NCBI GenBank assembly: GCA_963779535.1
Contig: CAVZYP010000004.1
Location: forward strand, 207,101 to 271,100
Direction of reading: 5' to 3'
DNA length: 64,000 bases
Origin: an uncultured Thermoleophilia bacterium
GTDB taxonomy: Bacteria; Actinomycetota; Thermoleophilia; Gaiellales; Gaiellaceae
Shown: positions 56,858-64,000 of the stretch, piece after piece
Numbering within the stretch: the stretch's first letter is position 1
Layout: every line of letters begins with the position of its first letter
The notes under the pieces: generated by a model
Database searches by the model: none
What the model was told of the DNA's origin: nothing
What the model saw: only the letters and a program-made list of their open reading frames with translations
Made by a program: the position numbers and the translations under genes

Positions 56858-57897
56858 TAGACGGACGTCCGCACGCGGCTGCGCAGCTCGCCGCCGTCGA
56901 GATAGCGGCGCAGGTTGTCGGCGAACAGTTCGATGATCCGTTCGTTCTCGTGCCACGAGAGGGCCGAGGTGTGCGGGCTGATGATCACGTTCTCGAGCTC
57001 CCAGAGCGGGCTCGTCCTCGGCAGCGGCTCCTCGGCGAAGACGTCGAGCGCCGCGCCCGCCAGCTTGCCCGAGGCGAGTGCCTCGACGAGCGCCTCCTCG
57101 TCGATCACGCCGCCACGGCCCACGTTCACGACGATCGCCCCGTCGCACATGCGGGAGATCGTCCGCCGGCTGATCAGGCCGCGCGTCTCCTCGGTGAGCG
57201 GGAGTGTGATCACCATGGCCTCGACCTCCTCCACCAGCTCATCGATCGCAGACGGCGGATAGAGCGCCTCGACGTGCGCAACGGGCTCGTCCACGTCGCG
57301 CTTCACGCCGAGCACGCGCATCCCGAAGGCGCTCGCCAGGCGAGCCACCTCGGCGCCGATCTCGCCGACGCCGATCACGAGCAGCGTCCGGCCGCGGAGC
57401 TCGTCGACCGGATAGTGGCCCCAACGCCGCTCGGCAGCATCGCGGCGCAGCCGGGGCAGCCCCTTCGTGAACGCGAGCAGGCCGAGCAGGCTCCATTCGG
57501 CGAGCGGCACCGCATGAACTCCGCTCGCGCTCGCGATTGCGACCCGGTCGAGCTCCTCGACCGAGAGGAGGGCCGCCCGAACCTGCTCGCCCGCGCCGGC
57601 GGCTGTCGCCTGGACGAAGCGGAGCCCGGGCGCGGTGCGGACCGCCCAGGCGAGCCCTTCAGGCGTGTCGCCGGGAATGCCGTAGAGCACCTCCGCGCCC
57701 TGGACGAGGTGGCTGAAGCGGTCCTGCTCCGAGGGCGATCGCTCGAAGTCGAGAGCGCCCCGATGGTCGGACGGGAAGCGCGGGGGCGGGAGCAGGTCGG
57801 GCTCGAAGCGGACGTCGAGGCGCTCGTCGACGCGGCGGAGGCGGTCGACGAGCTCTGCCTCGACGGGCGTTGCGACCACGACGGGCACGGATTCCAT
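56851..57897 (-). CDS. D-isomer-specific 2-hydroxyacid dehydrogenase family protein
   Basis: 348-aa ORF. NAD fold LLVIGVGEIGAEVARLA, VNVGRGGVIDEEAL, DVFAEEPLP and SPH. Confidence 0.85.
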   Translation of the reverse strand: MESVPVVVATPVEAELVDRLRRVDERLDVRFEPDLLPPPRFPSDHRGALDFERSPSEQDRFSHLVQGAEVLYGIPGDTPEGLAWAVRTAPGLRFVQATAAGAGEQVRAALLSVEELDRVAIASASGVHAVPLAEWSLLGLLAFTKGLPRLRRDAAERRWGHYPVDELRGRTLLVIGVGEIGAEVARLASAFGMRVLGVKRDVDEPVAHVEALYPPSAIDELVEEVEAMVITLPLTEETRGLISRRTISRMCDGAIVVNVGRGGVIDEEALVEALASGKLAGAALDVFAEEPLPRTSPLWELENVIISPHTSALSWHENERIIELFADNLRRYLDGGELRSRVRTSVYY

Positions 57898-57936
57898 GGC
57901 GTGTTTCTATCCGTCTCGGAGACCGTGCGTCGCGGG

Positions 57937-57942
57937 TAGGCT
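57937..57942 (+). promoter_or_regulatory. -10-like hexamer TAGGCT, 9 nt before ATG 57952
   Basis: TANNNT plus short spacer. Confidence 0.4.
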
Positions 57943-57951
57943 TCCGCCGCC

Positions 57952-59073
57952 ATGAGGATCGGCGTCGCCAAGGAGATCAAGCCCGACGAGTACCGGATCG
58001 CTCTCACGCCGGCCGGGGCGCTCGAGCTGATCAATCACGGGCACGAGGTCGCGATCGAACAGGGCGCAGGCGTCGGGAGCTCGTTCCCGGACGAGGCATT
58101 CAGCCGGGTCGGCGCCGAGATCGTCTCGGTGGATGACGTCTGGCAGCGCAGCGACCTGGTGCTGAAGGTGAAGGAGCCGATCGCGGTCGAGTATCCCCGC
58201 CTCCGTGAGGGCCTCATCCTCTTCACCTACCTGCACATCGCGGCCGACGAGCCGTTGACGCGCGCGCTGATCGACTCGGGGATCAGCGCCGTCGCGTACG
58301 AGACGGTCGAGGTGGGGCGGTCGCTGCCGCTGCTCGCGCCCATGTCGGAGGTGGCGGGCCGGCTCGCGCCGCAGGCGGGCGCCTACCACCTCGAGAAGCC
58401 GGTCGGCGGGCGGGGGCTCCTGCTGGGGGCTGTGCCCGGGGTCGCGCCGGGGCGCGTGGTGGTCGTCGGAGGCGGGGTCGTCGGGTACAACGCTGCGGTG
58501 ATCGCGCTGGGGCTCGGCGCTCAGGTGACGATCCTCGAGCGCTCGATCGACCGGATGCGCCATCTCGAGGAGGTGCTCTCGGGCCGTGTCTCGCTGCTGA
58601 TGAGCTCGAGCCTGCAGGTCGCGGCGTCCGTCGAGGAGGCCGACCTCGTGATCGGTGCCGTGCTGATCCCCGGCGCCGTTGCACCGAAGCTCGTGACCCG
58701 CGAGATGATCACGAGCATGAAGGAAGGAGCGGTCGTCGTCGATGTCGCGATCGACCAGGGAGGGTGCTTCGAGACATCGCGTGCCACGACTCATGCCGAA
58801 CCGGTGTATGTCGTCGACGGGGTGACGCACTATTGCGTCGCGAACATGCCGGGCGCCGTCCCGATCACCTCGACCAAGGCGTTGACGAATGCGACGCTCC
58901 CGTATGTCGAGGCGATCGCGAACAAGGGCCTGCGCTCGGCGGTCGCGGACGATCCCGCCCTCGCCAAGGGCGTGAACGTGATCGACGGCAAGGTCACGTA
59001 CGAAGCCGTGGCCGAGGCGCATGGCCTCGACTACACGCCGCTCGAAGACGTGCTGCCGCGAAGCGCCGTCTAA
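57952..59073 (+). CDS. ald: Alanine dehydrogenase
   Basis: 373-aa ORF. Motifs [32 protein letters not shown] and [10 protein letters not shown]. Confidence 0.95.
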   Translation: MRIGVAKEIKPDEYRIALTPAGALELINHGHEVAIEQGAGVGSSFPDEAFSRVGAEIVSVDDVWQRSDLVLKVKEPIAVEYPRLREGLILFTYLHIAADEPLTRALIDSGISAVAYETVEVGRSLPLLAPMSEVAGRLAPQAGAYHLEKPVGGRGLLLGAVPGVAPGRVVVVGGGVVGYNAAVIALGLGAQVTILERSIDRMRHLEEVLSGRVSLLMSSSLQVAASVEEADLVIGAVLIPGAVAPKLVTREMITSMKEGAVVVDVAIDQGGCFETSRATTHAEPVYVVDGVTHYCVANMPGAVPITSTKALTNATLPYVEAIANKGLRSAVADDPALAKGVNVIDGKVTYEAVAEAHGLDYTPLEDVLPRSAV

Positions 59074-59086
59074 CCCGTAGCGCTGT

Positions 59087-59242
59087 CTAACGCGCTGCGG
59101 CGTCGGCCTTGGCTGCTTTGGCTTTCTTCTTCGTCGGTGACGGGCTGATCTCCACGACGAGCCACGTGACACCTGCCGCGAGCGAGATCACGAAGACGAT
59201 GAAGACGGCGATTCCCAGCAGGCCGAGGATGTTTTCCAGCAC
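59087..59242 (-). CDS. Candidate 51-aa membrane peptide (below the ORF-track size cutoff)
   Basis: Hand-translated: GTG 59242 ... TAG 59087 gives MLENILGLLGIAVFIVFVISLAAGVTWLVVEISPSPTKKKAKAAKADAAAR. That is one clean TM helix plus a Lys-rich tail. No clear SD or -10. Confidence 0.3.
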   Translation of the reverse strand: MLENILGLLGIAVFIVFVISLAAGVTWLVVEISPSPTKKKAKAAKADAAAR

Positions 59243-59247
59243 GGAAG

Positions 59248-59253
59248 TAGGAT
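59248..59253 (+). promoter_or_regulatory. -10-like hexamer TAGGAT, 6 nt before GTG 59260
   Basis: TANNNT plus short spacer. Confidence 0.45.
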
Positions 59254-59259
59254 AGCGGC

Positions 59260-60433
59260 GTGGCTCGGGCGTGCGTCATCGTGCTGGACGCCGTCGGAGC
59301 GGGTGAGCTGCCGGACGCTTCCGAGTTCGGTGACGCGGGGTCGAACACCCTCGCCAACGTCGCCCGCGCCGTCGGCGGTCTCGACCTGCCGACGTTGGAG
59401 GCGCTCGGATTCGGCAACATCGAGCCCCTCGACGGCTGCGCGCCGCAGCCGGGGGCGCCTGCGGTCGCCGGACGGCTCCTCGAACGCTCGAAGGGGAAGG
59501 ACACGACGACGGGCCACTGGGAGCTGATGGGGGTCGTCACGCCCCAGGCGATGCCCACCTACCCCTACGGGTTCCCGGACGAGGTGATCGACCCGTTCAT
59601 GAACCGCACCGGCCGCGGCGTGCTCGGAAACAAGCCCGCGAGCGGAACGGAGATCATCCAGGAGCTCGGCGAGGAGCATCAGCGCACCGGCAAGTGGATC
59701 GTCTACACGAGCGCCGACTCGGTCTTCCAGATCGCCGCGCACGAGGAGACCGTGCCGCTCGAGGAGCTCTACGACGCCTGCCGCACCGCACGTGAGCTCC
59801 TGACCGGCAAGCACGCGGTCGGGACGCGTGATCGCGCGTCCGTTCACCGGGGTGCCCGGCTCGTACGAGCGCACGCCGAACCGGCACGACTTCTCGCTGG
59901 AGCCCAGGCGCCCGAACTACCTCTCCCTCGTTCGCGACGCGGGGCACAAGGTGCACGGCGTCGGCAAGATCGGCGACATCTTCGCCCACCAGGACATCGA
60001 CGAGGAGTTCCCCACGAAGTCGAACGTCGAGGGGATTCAGAAGACCGAAGAGCTGTTGCGGACGATCGACGACGGCCTGATCTTCGTCAACCTCGTCGAG
60101 ACCGACTCGCTCTGGGGCCACCGCAACGATCCCGTGAACTTCCACCGTTGCCTGCAGGACTTCGACCGGCGGCTTCCCGATCTCCTCGACGCCCTGCGGC
60201 CCAACGACCTCTTCATCCTGACCTCGGACCACGGCTGCGACCCGACCACTCCGTCGACGGACCATTCACGCGAGCACGCGTTGCTGCTGGTCTACGTCGA
60301 AGGACGCAATGCCGCGGGGGCCATTCACGAGGCGGGCGAGTTCGCCGACGTGGGGGCGACCGTCAACGCCTGGCTCGGTGGGCGCGCTCCGGGCAAGGGC
60401 ATCCCGGGCTCGCCGATCGTCGAACGCTCTTGA
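59260..60433 (+). CDS. deoB: Phosphopentomutase; one extra base near 59818-59830 as sequenced
   Basis: ORF 59260.. reads [15 protein letters not shown]...[13 protein letters not shown]...[14 protein letters not shown]...LLTGKHAVG. It continues in ORF 59828..60433: VIARPFTG...DFSLEP...GKIGDIF...[14 protein letters not shown]...TSDHGCDP. Deleting the a in gggacgc restores the frame. Confidence 0.88.
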
Positions 60434-60467
60434 CCCGCCTTCGCCGACGCGCGGCCGCGTTCACGTG

Positions 60468-61175
60468 ATGGCGTTCGACGACCAGGCCGTCGTGCGCGAG
60501 CAGTATGCGAGCGAGGTGAATCTCCAGGCTCGCAAGGCGCTGTGGGAGGGCGCCGAGGGCTCCGACGCGAAGGAGATCCTCTGGCGCACGATCGAGACCT
60601 GGGAGCCTCGCCGTGTGCTCGAGGTCGGTGGAGGCGAGGGCGAGCTCGCCGAGCGGATGCAGCGTGAGCTCGGCGCCGAGGTGACGTTCGTCGACCTCTC
60701 GCCACGCATGGTCGAACTCGCGCGCGCCCGTGGCGTCGATGCGCAGGAAGGTGACGTTCAGCGGCTGCCGTTCGCCGACGGCTCATTCGACACGGTCGTG
60801 TCGGCGTGGATGCTGTACCACGTGCCCGATCTCGAGGCAGGTCTCGCCGAGATCGCCCGCGTCCTCGTGCCGGGCGGTGCGCTCATCGCCGTCACGAACT
60901 CGGTCGACCACATCGCGGAGCTGCGCGAGCTTCTCGCGTATCCACCCGGCGCGTTCGAGTTGTCGTTCAACAGCGAGAACGGGGAGCAGCACCTCCGGAA
61001 GCATTTCTCCGGAATCGAGCGCTTCGACACGGTGGTCACGGCGACGGTGCGCGAGCGGGAGAAGCTCGTCGCCTACCGGGACTCGGTCTCGGTCCCGGCC
61101 GGAGAGGTGCCGGAGGACGTCGAGCTGCCGTTCGTCGTCCACGGGCGCAGCACGATCTTCGTCGCCACGACATGA
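60468..61175 (+). CDS. Class I SAM-dependent methyltransferase
   Basis: ATG 60468 within ORF 60309..61175. Motif I VLEVGGGEGE, then FDTVVSAWMLYHV and PGGALI. Confidence 0.8.
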   Translation: MAFDDQAVVREQYASEVNLQARKALWEGAEGSDAKEILWRTIETWEPRRVLEVGGGEGELAERMQRELGAEVTFVDLSPRMVELARARGVDAQEGDVQRLPFADGSFDTVVSAWMLYHVPDLEAGLAEIARVLVPGGALIAVTNSVDHIAELRELLAYPPGAFELSFNSENGEQHLRKHFSGIERFDTVVTATVREREKLVAYRDSVSVPAGEVPEDVELPFVVHGRSTIFVATT

Positions 61176-62470
61176 TCCGCGCGGCCGAGCTCATCCAGCG
61201 CAAGCGCGACGGGGAGGAGCTCGCCGACGACGAGCTGGCCGGGCTCATCCTCGGCTACGCGAGCGGGGATGTCCCCGACTACCAGATGGCTGCCTTCTGC
61301 ATGGCCGTCTTCTTCCGCGGGCTGTCCGAGCGTGAGACGTACGTCCTGACGGACGCGATGATCCGCAGCGGGGAAACGATCGATCTCGGCGCCCGCCTCG
61401 GCCGCAAGGTGGTCGACAAGCACTCGACGGGCGGTGTCGGCGACAAGACGTCGCTGTCGGTCGCGCCGATCGTCGCCGCCTGCGGCGTCCCGCTCGGCAA
61501 GATGAGCGGCCGCGGCCTGGGGCACACCGGCGGCACGCTCGACAAGCTCGAGTCGATCCCCGGCTACCGGACCGAGCTGAGCCTCGACGAGTACGTCGCG
61601 CAGGTGCGGGACGTCGGCGTCGCGATCATCGGCCAGACAGGCGACCTCGTGCCGGCCGACAAGCTGCTCTACGCGCTGCGCGACGTCACGGCGACCGTCG
61701 ACCAGCTCTCGCTGATCGCCGCCTCGATCATGTCGAAGAAGATCGCGGGGGGCGCGCAGGCGATCGTGCTCGACGTGAAGGTCGGGGACGGTGCGTTCAT
61801 GAAGACGCCCGAGGCCGCACGTGAGCTCGCCGAGACGATGATCGCGCTCGGCCGCCAGGCCGGCCGGGAGGTCGTCTGCCTGCTGACCGACATGGACCAG
61901 CCGCTCGGGGCTGCCGTCGGCAACGCACTCGAGGTCCGGGAGGCGCTCGACACGGTGCGCGGGAACGGCCCCGCCGACTTCACCGAGCTGGTGCTCGATG
62001 CCTGCGCCACGCTGCTTTCGCTCTCCGACCTCGGGATCGACGAGGCCGAGGGCCGCCGGCGCGCCGAGGCGGCAGTCGCCGACGGCAGCGCCGAGGCCGT
62101 CTGGCGCCGCTGGATCGAGGCGCAGGGCGGGACCTCCGACGAATCGGCACTCCCGGTCGCACCGGTCGTCCGCAGCGTTGTCTCACCCGAGGCGGGGTAC
62201 GTGCGGGAGCTCGGTGCGATCGGCATCGGCAACGCGGCCATGCAGCTCGGTGCGGGGCGGAGCACCAAGGACGGTGTCGTCGATCACGCAGTCGGCATCG
62301 TCTGCGCCGCAAAGCGGGGCACGCAGGTCGACGTCGGCGACCAGCTCGCCGTGGTGCACGCACGCACCGAGGCCGCGGCGGACGAAGCCGCGCGGAGTGT
62401 GGTCGCGGCCTACGAGCTCGCCGACGAGCCGCCGGACGAGCGCCCCGTGCTGCTCGAGGTCGTCACTTAG
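61172..62470 (+). CDS. deoA: Thymidine / pyrimidine-nucleoside phosphorylase
   Basis: ATG 61172 overlaps the upstream stop (ATGA). Motifs DKHSTGGVGDKTS, SGRGLGHTGGTLDKLE and SIMSKK. Last 432 codons of ORF 60806..62470. Confidence 0.92.
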   Translation: MIRAAELIQRKRDGEELADDELAGLILGYASGDVPDYQMAAFCMAVFFRGLSERETYVLTDAMIRSGETIDLGARLGRKVVDKHSTGGVGDKTSLSVAPIVAACGVPLGKMSGRGLGHTGGTLDKLESIPGYRTELSLDEYVAQVRDVGVAIIGQTGDLVPADKLLYALRDVTATVDQLSLIAASIMSKKIAGGAQAIVLDVKVGDGAFMKTPEAARELAETMIALGRQAGREVVCLLTDMDQPLGAAVGNALEVREALDTVRGNGPADFTELVLDACATLLSLSDLGIDEAEGRRRAEAAVADGSAEAVWRRWIEAQGGTSDESALPVAPVVRSVVSPEAGYVRELGAIGIGNAAMQLGAGRSTKDGVVDHAVGIVCAAKRGTQVDVGDQLAVVHARTEAAADEAARSVVAAYELADEPPDERPVLLEVVT

Positions 62471-62481
62471 ACGCGCGTCGG

Positions 62482-62487
62482 TACGGT
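62482..62487 (+). promoter_or_regulatory. -10-like hexamer TACGGT, 7 nt before GTG 62495
   Basis: Supports GTG 62495, which yields the obligatory Met-Pro-Glu-Leu-Pro-Glu N-terminus of Fpg. Confidence 0.4.
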
Positions 62488-62494
62488 GGGCCAC

Positions 62495-63355
62495 GTGCCC
62501 GAGCTGCCCGAGGTCGAGACCGTTCGCCGCCGGCTCGTGCCCGTGCTCGAAGGCCGCGCCTTCGCCGAGGTGGAGATCAGCGACGCGCGCCTGACGCGCC
62601 CGCTCGACCCGGTCGAGGTCGCACGGGAGCTCGAGGGTGAGCGGGTCACAGTCGTCGACCGCCGTGGCAAGTATCTGATCGTGAGGTTCGAATCGGGCCG
62701 GGCGCTCCTGGTTCACCTCCGCATGACGGGATCGTTTCTGCACGACGCTCTCGGACAGCTGCCGGACGACCCTCATCGCCGCGCCGTTGTCAGACTGGAC
62801 GACGGATCGGACATCGCCTATCGCGATGTGCGCCGGTTCGGCACGTGGCTGCTGCTCGAACCGGCCGAAGTGGACACCTACGTCGAGGCGCGCGTGGGAC
62901 GTGAGCCGCTCGCAGCCGGATATCGGGCGAGGCACCTGGCCGAGGAGCTGAAAGGCAGGCGGGCGCCGGTGAAGGCGGCGATCCTGGATCAGCGGACGGT
63001 CGCGGGCGTCGGGAACATCTACGCCGACGAGGCGCTCTGGCGGGCGCAGATCCATCCGCTCACACCCGCCGCTGCACTCGGCCCGGACGAGGTGCAGGCA
63101 CTCCACCGCGGCATTCGCCGAGCGCTGCAGGCCGGGCTGCGGCGGCAGGGCTCGACGCTGCGCGACTACCGCCTGCCGGACGGGGGGACCGGCGGCGCCC
63201 AGCACGAGTTCAAGGTCTACGGCCGGGGCGGCGAGCCGTGCGAGCGCTGCGGCACCCCGATCGACAAGATTCGTGTGGCCGGCCGTGGGACGTGGTACTG
63301 CCCGAGCTGTCAGCGACTCGAGCCTGTCGCGAGTGAGGCCCGGAGGCGGCTCTAG
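62495..63355 (+). CDS. mutM: Formamidopyrimidine-DNA glycosylase
   Basis: (M)PELPEVE N-terminus, RRGKYL, H2TH GNIYADEALW and zinc finger CERCGTPI...GRGTWYCPSCQ. Confidence 0.93.
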   Translation: MPELPEVETVRRRLVPVLEGRAFAEVEISDARLTRPLDPVEVARELEGERVTVVDRRGKYLIVRFESGRALLVHLRMTGSFLHDALGQLPDDPHRRAVVRLDDGSDIAYRDVRRFGTWLLLEPAEVDTYVEARVGREPLAAGYRARHLAEELKGRRAPVKAAILDQRTVAGVGNIYADEALWRAQIHPLTPAAALGPDEVQALHRGIRRALQAGLRRQGSTLRDYRLPDGGTGGAQHEFKVYGRGGEPCERCGTPIDKIRVAGRGTWYCPSCQRLEPVASEARRRL

Positions 63356-63358
63356 ACT
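63353..63358 (+). promoter_or_regulatory. -10-like hexamer TAGACT (includes the mutM TAG stop), 7 nt before ATG 63366
   Basis: Stop-in-hexamer layout, nearly identical to the 13300 junction. Confidence 0.4.
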
Positions 63359-63365
63359 GGCCCGA

Positions 63366-64000
63366 ATGGGCAGCCGCACCTACAAGAGCGAGGCGATCGT
63401 CCTGCGCTCGCTGCGCTACTCGGAGGCAGACCGGATCCTGCATCTCTACACCGCCGAACGCGGCCGGATCGGTGCGATCGCGAAGGGGGTCCGGAAGACC
63501 AAGTCGCGCTTCGGCGCCCGGTTGGAACCGCTCTCGCACGTCGAGTTGATGCTGCACGAGGGAGCCGGGGAGCTTCAGACGATCACGGGCGTCGAGCTGC
63601 TGCGCTCTCATCATGCGGTCCGCGAGGACAACCACCGCCTGAACGTGGGCCTGATCGGGGCCGAAGCGATGCTGCGGCTCTTCGGCGAGCCCGAGGCGAA
63701 CGAGCGGGCGTTCGTCGCTCTGGCGCGGTTCCTCGACGTGCTCGGGGAGACGCCGCCGCTCGCGGGGCGCCCCGCGTTGGATCCGCTGGTGCTCTCCTTC
63801 CAGTTGAAGCTGCTCTGGCTCGCCGGGTACCTGCCGCATCTGACGAGCTGTGTCGAGTGCGGCTCGGACGCCCAGCTGGTGGCGTTCTCGGCCCGGGCGG
63901 GAGGCGGCGTCTGCGCGGCTCACACAGCGAATGCCCTGCGGCTCTCGCCGGAGGGGATCGCCGGGATCGAGCGGCTTCTCTCCACACCGCTCGCCGATGC
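63366..64000 (+). CDS. recO: DNA repair protein RecO, 3' end outside window
   Basis: Hand-translated open frame from ATG 63366 to the window end: MGSRTYKSEAIVLRSLRYSEADRILHLYTAERGRIGAIAKGVRK... and CVECG zinc motif. It is absent from the ORF track because no stop lies in the window. Confidence 0.88.
   Translation, partial: MGSRTYKSEAIVLRSLRYSEADRILHLYTAERGRIGAIAKGVRKTKSRFGARLEPLSHVELMLHEGAGELQTITGVELLRSHHAVREDNHRLNVGLIGAEAMLRLFGEPEANERAFVALARFLDVLGETPPLAGRPALDPLVLSFQLKLLWLAGYLPHLTSCVECGSDAQLVAFSARAGGGVCAAHTANALRLSPEGIAGIERLLSTPLAD

Overview
Visibly GC-rich, gene-dense bacterial chromosome segment. Gene order looks actinobacterial: alaS-ruvX-mltG-aroE ... aroC-aroK/B-aroQ-pepQ-efp ... nusB, and tlyA-nadK-recN ... 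pyrG. I cannot assign a genus.

Content, left to right:
- 1-6.7 kb: an accessory patch ending at tRNA-Gln(CTG). It holds a partial G1 glutamic peptidase, a GNAT, a multiply frameshifted zinc-ribbon/cyclase pseudogene, a cupin, a ~1260-codon SARP-cyclase-P-loop-TPR regulator, a terminator hairpin and the C-terminal stump of a tyrosine integrase.
- 6.7-12.4 kb: HD hydrolase, a heterodimeric ABC exporter pair, a UDG-family protein and a methyltransferase.
- 12.4-18 kb: histidine utilisation operon (formiminotransferase, hutH, small membrane ORF, hutU, hutI).
- 18-32 kb: hisS-aspS, mnmA, a DUF948/anti-sigma-like/SigB-type sigma trio, alaS-ruvX-mltG-aroE.
- 32-37.2 kb: an opposite-strand Liv-type ABC uptake module lying between aroE and aroC.
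- 37.2-46.3 kb: aroC-aroKB-aroQ-pepQ, efp, an unusual carboxyltransferase-like/BCCP fusion plus accC, nusB, ispA-like.
- 46.3-64 kb: a two-component system, MFS, tlyA-nadK-recN, pyrG, M20 peptidase, AKR, 2-hydroxyacid dehydrogenase, ald, deoB, a methyltransferase, deoA, mutM and partial recO.

I found no CRISPR array, rRNA or intact mobile element.

Main hunt results:
1. A recurring leaderless-type start: a TANNNT hexamer 5-9 nt before the start codon at most unit-first genes. It often reuses the previous gene's TAG stop. At two loci two opposite-strand -10 boxes overlap in intergenic gaps of 19 and 25 nt.
2. A carboxyltransferase-like domain with substitutions at every catalytic motif I can align, fused to a normal-looking BCCP in the accB slot.
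3. The SARP-cyclase-STAND-TPR regulator, its decayed paralogue and the integrase/tRNA relic.
4. Seven conserved genes each carry exactly one extra base (all spans 3n+1). This looks like a technical insertion artefact and should be checked before calling pseudogenes.

Sixteen ATGA/GTGA start-stop overlaps define tightly coupled operons. Many long ORFs in the six-frame track are antisense or out-of-frame GC artefacts.
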